DNA of 64,000 nt from Nitrososphaerota archaeon (GTDB taxonomy: Archaea > Thermoproteota > EX4484-205 > JAAOZP01), in contig JAAOZP010000003.1 of assembly GCA_011605725.1 (NCBI GenBank), positions 26,876-90,875 of the forward strand. Direction: 5' to 3'. The translations under genes and the position numbers were made by a program. The notes under the pieces were generated by a model, which saw only the letters and a list, made by a program, of their open reading frames with translations, had not been told where the DNA came from and ran no database searches. Below, in pieces: positions 1 to 9,144 of this stretch; position 1 is the first letter of the stretch; each line of letters starts with the position of its first letter.

Positions 1-937
1 AAACAATAAGCAGAACAGTTGCGGAAAGCCCGCTTAAGTAAGCAAAGAAAAGGGAGGTTGATGAGAAAAGTAGGAAGGACGTTGCAAGAAGAGGCTCCCT
101 CCCGATTCTGTCGGAAAGAACTCCGGCAGGATAACCTACGAGGGTGTGAAACAGGTTAATCGCCATGTAGACTAGCGGCACAAGTTCAGGAGTGATTCCC
201 AGCTCGGTTGAACGGACAAGTATGAATGAAAAATCGTAATACCCGGCTCCAAACACGGCTAGTGCTGCTAAAAGAATGAGGAAATCTCCCTTCACGATTT
301 GAGACGCTCCCTTAAGGAGTTGCGATTTCCTGGGAGGAGTCTCCACATCCACTACGAAAAGCCATAGAATGAGCAGAGCAATCACACCGGGTATGAATGA
401 GACTATAAAGAGGAGTCTTGAACCAATTAAGGGTAAAAGAACTGCTGCAAGCAGGGGTCCGAGAATAGCACCAAGCTGGTCGAGCGTCCTATGGAGCCCA
501 AAAGCCCTACCGGTTACTTTCTCATCTACAGATTGGCTGAGAAGAGCGTCACGCGGAGAAGTTCTTATCCCCTTGCCTGTTCTGTCCATAACTCTGACTG
601 AAAAAGCCTCCGCTGGCGTTGTTGAAACCGCGAAAAGAGGTTTTGAAAGAGTTGAGAAAGCATAGCCCGTGAAAACTAAAGGCTTTCTTTTTCCAAGCCT
701 GTCTGAAAGAAAACCGCTTACCATTCTGAAGAAATTGTTAGCAAGCTCTCCAGCACCCTCAATAAGCCCGAGAATCATCCTCGTCCCGCCTAAATCCCTA
801 ACTATAAAGACAGGCAAGTAGCCCATGATCATTTCCGTCGAAACATCAGTAAAGAAGCTTACAAGCCCCATCGCGTAGACGTTTCTGAAACCAGGTTTCT
901 CCGGGTCCCCGTGGAAACCTTGATTTGTTTTCTCCAC
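1..937 (-). CDS. MFS transporter (3' end runs off the window)
   Basis: Manual minus-strand translation from GTG at 937: MGLVSFFTDVSTEMI...SGFLSDRLGKRKPLVF (MFS motif A)...RTGKGIRTSPRDALLS...GRAFGLHRTLDQLGAILGP; not in the ORF track because it is open at the window edge. Confidence 0.9.
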   Translation of the reverse strand, partial: MEKTNQGFHGDPEKPGFRNVYAMGLVSFFTDVSTEMIMGYLPVFIVRDLGGTRMILGLIEGAGELANNFFRMVSGFLSDRLGKRKPLVFTGYAFSTLSKPLFAVSTTPAEAFSVRVMDRTGKGIRTSPRDALLSQSVDEKVTGRAFGLHRTLDQLGAILGPLLAAVLLPLIGSRLLFIVSFIPGVIALLILWLFVVDVETPPRKSQLLKGASQIVKGDFLILLAALAVFGAGYYDFSFILVRSTELGITPELVPLVYMAINLFHTLVGYPAGVLSDRIGREPLLATSFLLFSSTSLFFAYLSGLSATVLLIV

Positions 938-1343
938 GCGTATACTGCTGCTACTAATAATATTAAACCTTTACTATGAAAGTATCTAATGCTCAGAGTA
1001 TTTCTTAGCGCAGCGCGCACCATCATGCGTCAGACTGGATAGTCGATGGGAAGACTGGGCACGGGCTACATTAACTGTGCATGCTGATGTCAAATACCTG
1101 GAGGAGCCTTACAGGCCTAAGCCTGTTCGGGCTACTGACAATGGAAAACGGCTTAGTATAGTGGGTCCGCAGGCTGATAAAAGTTGGCCATACCCGTCCT
1201 GATTAGAACCGAAAACCTCTGTAACCATAAATAATCATAAAGTTGTTTAATATCAAGCTTAAAGTATTCAATATTTATAAAATAATGCTGATAGCGAATA
1301 CAAAAAGCTATATAGGAAGCCTGCACAACTTAAAGCGATAGAG

Positions 1344-1742
1344 TTGGCGAAAAAAGAGGTTAAGATGATAACGGAGTCTGCGTTAAAGAGAGAGGTCGAG
1401 CGGCTGGAGAGGAGTCTGACACAGATATCGGGCTATCTTAAGGAGATCCGTAGCGAACTCAAATCAACCACTAAGAACATGGGGCAGATGGTCGATGCGC
1501 AGAAGCAGATGATTGAGATACAGAAGCAGCTTATCGCGTCTATGAAAACTATGAAGGCGGCAGCGCCAGGACAAGCCAGGAAACCACGTAAACTAACTGA
1601 GATGAACATCTTCGTTAGAGACCAGATAAGGTCTGGGAAAAGCTTTGCAGAGGCAATAAAGGCTTGGAAGGAGTATAAGGCATCGAAGGCTGCTCAGGAG
1701 AAGGCTGAAACCAAACCCGTAAGCGGGTCAGCAGAAACCTAG
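1344..1742 (+). CDS. Coiled-coil protein with C-terminal HMG-box/YABBY-like basic helical motif (putative DNA-binding)
   Basis: Heptad-like N-terminal half, then KPRKLTEMNIFVRDQIRSGKSFAEAIKAWK; TATA-like AAAAGCTATATA about 25-30 nt upstream. Confidence 0.55.
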   Translation: MAKKEVKMITESALKREVERLERSLTQISGYLKEIRSELKSTTKNMGQMVDAQKQMIEIQKQLIASMKTMKAAAPGQARKPRKLTEMNIFVRDQIRSGKSFAEAIKAWKEYKASKAAQEKAETKPVSGSAET

Positions 1743-1813
1743 CCCCAGCCTAAGCTGAGACAAAACAGACCGGAACGGCGTAAACGGGAACCTGAAAAAT
1801 ATAGGATGAATCT

Positions 1814-1825
1814 TAGCGCGCGCTA
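1814..1825. repeat. Perfect 12-bp palindrome TAGCGCGCGCTA (consensus copy of the boundary motif)
   Basis: Read directly; intergenic between convergent genes. Confidence 0.95.
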
Positions 1826-1899
1826 CCTCATTCCTTAGCTCGCTTTTTAAACGTCTAACAGGCTTAAGCGTCAACTGTGCCACGCTCTTTAAGAGTGAG

Positions 1900-2856
1900 T
1901 CAGACCTCCGCTGCCGCTAACAGGGTCCACCTTCCAATCTGCTCGTCTCCCTGGCGGTCAAGTGGTAGTTGAGGCTCGATGATCACCCATCTCCCCTTGG
2001 CCAATCCGAATCTCGTCAGGTCTGGGAAGCTCCAATACCTGTATCCGGGCAATTCCTCAAGATGGACAAGCACCATGTAGTGACGGGCTCCAGTCGCATT
2101 CTTGAACGATCCCACGGCTGAGTCGATTCCAACAGCCTCGAAAAGCGAGGCGACGAGAATCGTATAATCGTCGCAGTCGCCAGACCTCAACCCCAGGGTC
2201 TCAACAGGAGCCCGGAAAACATCGTTAACCTCATACTCGTAGTGAACATACTTGCGTGTGAAGTTCAGTATTTTTCCAATCTTGACAACCGGCGGGTCGG
2301 ACTCGCTTACGCCGATTATGAGAAGCACCTCGTTGATTTTACTTCTCGCAATATCATAGCTCCGCCTTCCAACGATTCTTTCAAACTCAGCCTCCACATC
2401 CGGCAAGTATGGGTTGCCAAGATCGTGCTGCGCAAGCCTCGCCGCGAAGACAACCTGATCCTTAGCCGGGTTTGCACTCTCCCTTGTACCGTCCAACCCT
2501 TTAATCAGCCTCACCGCATCATAATACGATTGAAGACTGTTTCCAATCCTTAAAACAGCCTCAACACCGAGTTCCCTCCTGAGAACACTGTAATTCCCCA
2601 TCAGAGACATGTAGGCTGAGCTTAGGTCGGAGAAGCTTGTGTAAAGCGACTGATAATTCTCCTCCATCTTCCGGTAGGAGGATGAGAGCTCAAAATAATT
2701 AGTCAGAAAGAGAGCGAACAGAATATTCTCCAAAACGATGAAAACAATCAAGCCTATTAGAACCAGTCTTCCAGCCTTATGCTCCGGAGGCGGCGGGGGG
2801 AATGTAAAAACAATGTTTCTACTCATCTTTCCAACACCCCGTTTCTCAACAGTCAT
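1900..2856 (-). CDS. Membrane-anchored transglutaminase-like cysteine protease
   Basis: N-terminal TM helix and coiled coil; P-ETL...GDCDDY catalytic Cys motif and HYMVLV His. Confidence 0.85.
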   Translation of the reverse strand: MTVEKRGVGKMSRNIVFTFPPPPPEHKAGRLVLIGLIVFIVLENILFALFLTNYFELSSSYRKMEENYQSLYTSFSDLSSAYMSLMGNYSVLRRELGVEAVLRIGNSLQSYYDAVRLIKGLDGTRESANPAKDQVVFAARLAQHDLGNPYLPDVEAEFERIVGRRSYDIARSKINEVLLIIGVSESDPPVVKIGKILNFTRKYVHYEYEVNDVFRAPVETLGLRSGDCDDYTILVASLFEAVGIDSAVGSFKNATGARHYMVLVHLEELPGYRYWSFPDLTRFGLAKGRWVIIEPQLPLDRQGDEQIGRWTLLAAAEV

Positions 2857-2958
2857 GCGTTAAAAAATCTTTCACACAGAACTGTGATTCCCCTCAGGCA
2901 GGAGACGCGCGTAAGCCTTTAAAACGTGTTGGACACGTTAAAACATTACTGCCGATCC

Positions 2959-3786
2959 TTAGAAAAACATTAGAAAAACCTGTGCAGCCCATAGTGGAAC
3001 AGCCACAGCAATCCAAGCAGTAATGCTCCACGACAGGATTTTCCTACCGTCTAAACCTCCCAACGGAATCATGTTGAATGCTGCAAGCCACAGGTTCACT
3101 TGGAAGCCCACGGTACCGATTAGGCCAGTCAGACCGTTTAATCCACTCAGGAAGAGGAAAAGAATAGCCCAGGCAACGTTAGACAAGGGGCCTGCTAAAG
3201 ACACTAGCCCAATCCTTCTTCTTTCAGACTTCTGGGGCAATTCGTAGACACTTACACGTGGAGCCACGTATGTCGCGCCCGGGGCGGCGAAGATAAAAGA
3301 CCCGGCTGTAAGCAGGGATGAGAATAAGGCAATGGCGAGCCCCATGGGCCATAGTCTGAATTCAGACCAGTAGCCGTATCTCTGGGCAGTAAACTTGTGC
3401 GCCAACTCGTGCGACACGAACCCTGTTCCGACAACGATCAGGTAGATGACGAGAATAAGCGGCAATATTGAGCTGGGTTTGAGAACATATTTAATGGAGA
3501 AACATGTTGTTAAAACAACCCACGCGGCCAGCAGATGCGTAACCTCAGTCCAACTGGTGATTCTCGATATTCTAAGCCTCCGACTAGGCGGCGGAGGAGT
3601 CTCACTGTATATGATAGGGGTCTCGCTGCATGTTTGCCTCTGCATCCTCACCAGGTTCAGCATTCGGCAATTATGCGATTCAGGAAGCCTATGGCGGGAG
3701 CAGAAAGTACCCTTACAGTAGGAACAGGTGAAAGGCAGAATTAGCTCCTCGCCGCAAACCTCGCACTTCACCATTTGAAACACCAC
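2959..3786 (-). CDS. AN1-type zinc finger fused to M50 (site-2) intramembrane metalloprotease
   Basis: CEVC..PFTCSYCKGTFCSRHRLPESHNC; HELAH; LAGPLSN; FNMIPLGGLDG. Confidence 0.9.
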   Translation of the reverse strand: MVFQMVKCEVCGEELILPFTCSYCKGTFCSRHRLPESHNCRMLNLVRMQRQTCSETPIIYSETPPPPSRRLRISRITSWTEVTHLLAAWVVLTTCFSIKYVLKPSSILPLILVIYLIVVGTGFVSHELAHKFTAQRYGYWSEFRLWPMGLAIALFSSLLTAGSFIFAAPGATYVAPRVSVYELPQKSERRRIGLVSLAGPLSNVAWAILFLFLSGLNGLTGLIGTVGFQVNLWLAAFNMIPLGGLDGRKILSWSITAWIAVAVPLWAAQVFLMFF

Positions 3787-4017
3787 CCTAATATGCTAAT
3801 TCTATGCTCCCTAAGCCGTAATGCTGGAGCGCAGCTGCCGAGACAATAGGCTGTTGCCTTCACACTGTTCAAGTTCCACCAACCATGGATAAAGCAGTAC
3901 TAAAAGCTTGCTGTTAACAGTAGGCGGCTTAAAAAACCGTTTAAGCAGAAGCATAGGGGTGTAGGCATACGGCGGAATATTGCTCTTTAACTATCATAAG
4001 GAATTATAAACAGGGTT

Positions 4018-4561
4018 GTGGGGAAACAGTTTAGAAACAGGATCCTGGTTCGAATCAGGCTGGAGAAAAACAGGGTTGAGAAAAAATCAGGGAAACAAGC
4101 GTGATAATCGTGCTCCTGGGCGCCGGCGGCCGGGGGCTGAGGCAGAGGAGAATGCTGAGGGACGAGTTGGCTTCTATGGGCATGATTGCACTAATACCTG
4201 AGGACGATTTCCCGGGGAAGTAGCACCGTCCCTGGTTGAGGAAGCGATGCTGTCCAAGGGGGATGTGGAGCTAGTGTTCATTAACGTTGAATCATGGGGA
4301 ACTGTCACGGAGTTCACCCAGTTTCACAGAAACAGGAGGATAACTCCGAAGCTGAGGGTTCTAGTTAGGCATGAGCATCATCCATTGTACGGAGGCTCCG
4401 GAAGCTACTTGACTGATGTTTATCTAACTCACCTCGCTGTCTTCGGACATGTTTACGCGATAGATGATTCGCGTAGAACCCTTTTTCCAACTGCGCGTGA
4501 AACCGTGGTTAAGCTGGCTGATAGATACAGGTTGTGTAAAGCATTAGGTTTTATCAGATAA
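4018..4561 (+). pseudogene. Frameshifted alpha/beta protein, nucleoside-deoxyribosyltransferase/TIR-like fold suspected
   Basis: Continuous protein recovered by correcting two homopolymer slips (A run 4081-4086, C/G run near 4211-4217): ...IIVLLGAGGRGLRQRRMLRDELASMGMIALIPEDDFPG/EVAPSLVEEAMLSKGDVELVFINVESWGTVTEF. Confidence 0.5.
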
Positions 4562-4598
4562 AGATTTTTATACCTGAAACAGTTAATAATGATGAGGA

Positions 4599-4919
4599 AT
4601 GAGCATTGAAGAAGTGCGACGCCGGCTCCAAGCCTATAGGGCTTTAGGTAACGGAGTAAGGCTGAACGCTTTCCTAGAGATCAGCAGGCGGCCCGGCGTT
4701 TCGTTCAACAGCCTCTCGAGAAAAATCGGGGTTGAAAGGGGGCTGCTGGCTTATCATCTGGCTGTTTTAAAGGCCGCGGGCATAGTTAAGGTCAGCTACG
4801 AGAGGAGGAGCAGGCAGACGTCAAAATATGAGTTGACACCTGAAGGAGAGAAGCTTGCTCAAGAACTATGCTCCGGCGGGAGGAGAACCAGTCGGCTGAA
4901 AAAGCGGGTTAATAAGTAG
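4599..4919 (+). CDS. ArsR-family winged-helix transcriptional regulator
   Basis: ALGNGVRL...SFNSLSRKIGVERGLLAYHLAVLKAAGIV...YELTPEG. Confidence 0.85.
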   Translation: MSIEEVRRRLQAYRALGNGVRLNAFLEISRRPGVSFNSLSRKIGVERGLLAYHLAVLKAAGIVKVSYERRSRQTSKYELTPEGEKLAQELCSGGRRTSRLKKRVNK

Positions 4920-5077
4920 AAAAACCTTATCCAAGTCTCACGCATCGTCATCACATCGTGTATAAGGAAATTGGTTTCCCTCTTTAAAGAACCATAGCGC
5001 CTAGTGAAACCAGTGGGTTCAACCAGAAAGCTATGTATCCAAAAAGATTAAAATAGGAATACTTTTTACATGTAAGT

Positions 5078-5330
5078 ATGGTGAAAAAAGCTTGAGTTAT
5101 ACTATTACTGAGAAGGGTACGGTAACAATCCCGGCTGAGGTTAAAAAAAATATGGGTTGAAAAAGGGCTCCCGTGTTAAGTTCGTGGAGACCGACGGAGG
5201 AATCCTGCTTGTCCCAGTAATCCCTTTTGAAGAGCTTTTCGGCGCGGATAAGAACGTTAAGGAAACAGTGTATCAAATGATTAAAGAGCTTCAGGAGGAA
5301 AGGAGGAGGGAAGCATCTGAAGAAGGATAG
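5078..5330 (+). pseudogene. AbrB/MazE-type antitoxin, frameshifted
   Basis: TITEKGTVTIPAEVKK/YGLKKGSRVKFVETDGGILLVP; an A8 run at 5143-5150 breaks the frame. Confidence 0.75.
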
Positions 5331-5722
5331 GCTTGTCTTCGACGTAGGCCCACTCCTCCTCTATTTCGCTGAAGATAATCGTGTCAAGGTTTTTTCGAAG
5401 AGGTCATGGCGAGTAAGGCAGAGGGCTATACGTGTGAAATCAACATTGCAGAACTCTATTGTAAAACGTGTGAGAAACTCGGTCGAGAAGCTGCTGAAGT
5501 TAGGAACGCATCCATCAGACACTCAAAATCACAATATTGCCGTTGGATGAAAGGCTTACGCACGTTGCAGGAGGCTTGAAGTGTATTCACAGGGGGAAGC
5601 TTTCTCTGGCAGACGCCTATATCTTGGCGGCTGCAAAAATGCTTGGAGGAACTCTGATAACAACAGATTCCCGGCTTGCAGAGCTTAAAACAGTACCAGC
5701 CAGATTGATTGAAATCCCTTAG
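5317..5722 (+). pseudogene. PIN-domain (VapC-like) toxin, frameshifted
   Basis: LVFDVGPLLLYF / EINIAELY / LSLADAYILAAAKMLGGTLITTD lie in different frames, with breaks at T and A runs. Confidence 0.8.
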
Positions 5723-5916
5723 CATATCGTACGCCACCTTGAGCGTTTTCAGAATCGCGTCTAAATATTCTAGCATGCCCACCAGTTTCATCTGAAGCAT
5801 TGTTTAAAGGCAGCTGGAGCGCCTGCTTTTAGGAAGACAAGGCGCGTTCTGGGCAATTCTGAGAAGAGTAGGATTAAAAAGGTTGATGTGCGGGTGCTCC
5901 CAGCATTACACGCCAT

Positions 5917-6606
5917 CTAGATCTTTGAAAGAATGTTTGAATATTTCTCCATCCTCATAACTTTCCCCTCGGGCTGTATAAGCCAGGTCATCCAGCAGAG
6001 CTCTATCGGCCTGTATCCGCATGCTAATGCAACCTTCTCGGCTTCCCTGATGAACTCCATGTCTTTCTCCACGGGTTTTAAGCCGGCTTTAACCAGAATC
6101 CTGTTAACCACTCTTTTAACAATCTTATCCGGCATGACTGTGTCAATGCCTCCCATCATTCTCAAGTATTGGAAGGTTATTAAGCCAACACCTTTAATTC
6201 TCCCGACCGGGTCCCTCCTCCAGTTTTCAAGACTAGCTTTCCCAGCCCAGGTTCTAAGAGCCTCCCTATCATTATTGCTCAATGTTGAAAGATAGGAGGC
6301 AATCTTCCTAGCAACACTCCAAGACCTTTTATTCCTCCATACTGTCCTCAGCCTCCTCACATCAGCCCCGGCAAGGTCTTTCAAACTCCTTATCTCACCG
6401 TTTTCAACAAACCTCTTGTTGAACTCCTCAACCTTAGGGACGACTGCAGTGAAATAGTTTAAGCCTATTGAGGTGAAGGCAGCGTCAACAATCATCAGGA
6501 CAACACTCCCACCCCACCTCTCAGTCTTAAGACACCTGTCGCAATGCTCCTTAAGACCCGGAACACTCCGCATATAACTGTCAACCACTTCCTTCAACGA
6601 AAGCAT
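5917..6606 (-). CDS. HhH-motif protein, DNA glycosylase superfamily-like
   Basis: GRIKGVGLITFQYLRMMGGIDTVMPD resembles HhH-GPD (HhH followed by Asp). Confidence 0.6.
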   Translation of the reverse strand: MLSLKEVVDSYMRSVPGLKEHCDRCLKTERWGGSVVLMIVDAAFTSIGLNYFTAVVPKVEEFNKRFVENGEIRSLKDLAGADVRRLRTVWRNKRSWSVARKIASYLSTLSNNDREALRTWAGKASLENWRRDPVGRIKGVGLITFQYLRMMGGIDTVMPDKIVKRVVNRILVKAGLKPVEKDMEFIREAEKVALACGYRPIELCWMTWLIQPEGKVMRMEKYSNILSKI

Positions 6607-6666
6607 ATTACCTCTGAGAAGGACGATAGTTTACTTATTTTTATTTATAATCCTGAACCTTAGCGT

Positions 6667-7212
6667 ATGGCAAAATTTTTAAACGAGGGTTTAAGCTTCG
6701 ACTCGATGGAAATACTTTTCGTCTGTGAAGGAAACATATTTAGGAGCACTATGGCAGAGGCTTTGTTCAACAGGATTATCGATGATGCAGGATATAGCAA
6801 GGAGATACGTGTCTCGTCCGCCGGAACCATAGCTGTTGACGGAAGCCCTGCCTCACCCTATGCGGTTTTCGTAATGGGGAAAAGAGGGATTAGCTTGGAG
6901 AGTTTCAGGGCTAGGCGGTTAACACCAGAGCTTGTTCAGAGGGCAGACCTAATATTGACGATGGAGGAGAAGCATAGGCGCTACGTGCTTGAGCTCGTCC
7001 CAGAGGCTGTGGGAAAGACACATACGTTGAAAACTTTCTGCGGGCAGGAGGGCGAGATATACGACCTCAGGGGAGGAGGGTTTGAAGGGGCGGAGAAGAT
7101 TGCTCAGAAGATTGAGGATTGCATCAAGGCGAGTCTTCCACGAATAATTGATAGGGTGGAAAAAGCAAAGGATGTTAACCGAATATTGAGAAAGGTCTCG
7201 TGTGTTCAGTAG
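6667..7212 (+). CDS. Low-molecular-weight protein tyrosine/arginine phosphatase (LMW-PTP/ArsC family); start may be 6706
   Basis: ILFVCEGNIFRS (CX5R), SSAGT, ADLILTMEEKH. Confidence 0.9.
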   Translation: MAKFLNEGLSFDSMEILFVCEGNIFRSTMAEALFNRIIDDAGYSKEIRVSSAGTIAVDGSPASPYAVFVMGKRGISLESFRARRLTPELVQRADLILTMEEKHRRYVLELVPEAVGKTHTLKTFCGQEGEIYDLRGGGFEGAEKIAQKIEDCIKASLPRIIDRVEKAKDVNRILRKVSCVQ

Positions 7213-7238
7213 AGCATTATCCGGAAGGATTTGATTGT

Positions 7239-7781
7239 TTAAACGGTATTTCCCTTTTCAACTTCTTCGAATTTTTTCATAGCGTATTCGACGATTTTCA
7301 TCGCTTCTTTCGCGTCCTTCCACTCTTTAAACCTAACCCACTTATGCGGTTCGAGACGCTTATAGGTTTCGAAAAACTCTTGAATCTCCCTAAGCTTGTG
7401 AGGGTGAACGTCGTTAATATCCCTGTAACCGTTGAACCTTGCATCGTCGACAAGCACTGACAGGATTTTCGGGTCTTCCCCCTTCTCGTCTTCGATTATA
7501 AGTGCACCTATGACTCTAACCCTGACTAAACATCCCACTTCAAGGGGCTCGTAGCTTAACGCCATTATGTCCAAAGGGTCTTCATCATCGAACCATGTTT
7601 GAGGAACAAAACCGTATTCAACTGGGAAAACCACGGACGAGGGTATTATGCGGTCTAGGACAAAAGTTTCCAGTTTAACGTTATACTCATACTTGTCTCT
7701 CGAGCCACTAATAACCTCGATAACCATGTTTAAAATTTCCGGAGGCTTATCTCCACACGGAATATCCCGCCAGAGATTCAT
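7239..7781 (-). CDS. ppa: Inorganic pyrophosphatase, family I
   Basis: KYEY, YGFVPQT, DEDPLD, DPKIL, FFETYKRLE. Confidence 0.97.
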   Translation of the reverse strand: MNLWRDIPCGDKPPEILNMVIEVISGSRDKYEYNVKLETFVLDRIIPSSVVFPVEYGFVPQTWFDDEDPLDIMALSYEPLEVGCLVRVRVIGALIIEDEKGEDPKILSVLVDDARFNGYRDINDVHPHKLREIQEFFETYKRLEPHKWVRFKEWKDAKEAMKIVEYAMKKFEEVEKGNTV

Positions 7782-7840
7782 GAGTAAAGCCGTTGGTGAA
7801 CTGCTGCTTAGTTATTTAAGCCTTTCAAAATTAACCACTA

Positions 7841-7907
7841 CAGCGCGCGCTATCCTATGCTCTAATAAGCATGCTCGCTAAGCTTTTTAAACAACCAGTG
7901 CACGCTA
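7841..7907. repeat. Cluster of boundary palindromes (CAGCGCGCGCTA, AGCATGCTCGCTA, CAGTGCACGCTA)
   Basis: Three copies of decreasing fidelity in one intergenic spacer. Confidence 0.8.
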
Positions 7908-7919
7908 AGCAGTAGCCAT

Positions 7920-9005
7920 TTGAAAACTCTACTCTATAAGGAGGATTGGGAAAGGGTTTCAGAGACATACGAGGCTTGGTGGGAGGGTGAGCTAAGCAGG
8001 CCGTTAATACATTTAACGTACATACCGCCCAATGTAGACGTTAACGATTACTATCTAACGTTAAGCTGGGCTTTCATGAGGTTTCCTCCTGAAAAGGCTT
8101 TAACAGCTATGTTCGAATGCTTCTCTAAAACATTATTCATGTGCGAAGCCTATCCGAACGTGTGGGTGAACATTGGGCCCGGCGCCCTGTCGGCTTTCCT
8201 AGGCTCTGAAGTAGATTTCAAACCTGAGTCAGGAACCTCATGGTTTAAAGGCTCATTCTCCCTAGACGAGCTTTTAAACGTCGAGCTGAACCCGGAGAAT
8301 AAATGGTGGCGTTACGTAAACGAATGCACCGAGAAGGCTTCAAAAATATGCAGGGACAAGGCGATAGTTGCCTTCACAGACCTTTTAGATGTAGCCACGA
8401 GCCTAGCCCACCTTAGGGGCGGTGCTTTAAAACTGGTTAAAGACGTTTTCCACGAGCCTTCTAAAGTCAAGATGGTTTTAAACCATCTGCATAAAATCTG
8501 GTTCAACTGCTTTGAAAAGTTCTCAAACATCATAGATACGGATTTTTACGGTTTTTCGAACTGGGCTACACTATGGAGCAGACGCAAATCATTCATACTT
8601 CAATGCGACTTCAGCGTATATCTTTCACCAAAACTATTCAGCGTATTCATACTCCCACTGGTGGAGGAGGAATGTAGATTCTTCGAAAGAAGCTTCTGGC
8701 ATTTAGACGGGCCTCTTGAACTCCCGCATCTTGACAAGCTTCTAAGCTTAAGCGGGCTCAACGGTATTCAATGGATCCCTGGAGCCGGGAACCCGGATCC
8801 GGGTGAAAGCTGCTGGGTTCCGCTGTACAGGAGAATACAGGAGGCTGGGAAGCTTCTTCAAATAACCGGAATCCCAATATCTAAAATAATACCTGTTTTA
8901 AGCCAAATATCGTCTAAAGGCGTTTTCATCCAAGCTTCAACCTCAAGCCTTGAAACAGCTGAAACCCTCCTTGGAAAAATGTCTGAGAAGTACGGTTTAG
9001 CTTGA
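7920..9005 (+). CDS. Uroporphyrinogen decarboxylase (URO-D/MtaA)-like TIM-barrel protein
   Basis: LQCDFSVYLSPKLF..FILP, FWHLDGP, IQWIPGAG. Confidence 0.7.
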   Translation: MKTLLYKEDWERVSETYEAWWEGELSRPLIHLTYIPPNVDVNDYYLTLSWAFMRFPPEKALTAMFECFSKTLFMCEAYPNVWVNIGPGALSAFLGSEVDFKPESGTSWFKGSFSLDELLNVELNPENKWWRYVNECTEKASKICRDKAIVAFTDLLDVATSLAHLRGGALKLVKDVFHEPSKVKMVLNHLHKIWFNCFEKFSNIIDTDFYGFSNWATLWSRRKSFILQCDFSVYLSPKLFSVFILPLVEEECRFFERSFWHLDGPLELPHLDKLLSLSGLNGIQWIPGAGNPDPGESCWVPLYRRIQEAGKLLQITGIPISKIIPVLSQISSKGVFIQASTSSLETAETLLGKMSEKYGLA

Positions 9006-9009
9006 AATG

Positions 9010-9019
9010 TAGCGCGCTA
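9010..9019. repeat. Perfect palindrome TAGCGCGCTA
   Basis: Starts 5 nt after the stop of 7920..9005; degenerate copy AAGCGCGTGCTT at 9132-9143. Confidence 0.9.
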
Positions 9020-9144
9020 TTCTTCAAGGTGAAGGTTTTTCGAAAAGGCTAACATTAGACTGTGGGGGAGAATGAAACATTAGCGGATAAGGGTGGGCAA
9101 GTATAGAATACTATTTGAACCGCTTCCGATGAAGCGCGTGCTTT

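Noticed and set aside
369-665. Plus-strand 98-aa ORF and the many other short ORFs antisense to long genes
   Set aside because: Shadows of well-supported genes on the opposite strand or frame, with no motifs
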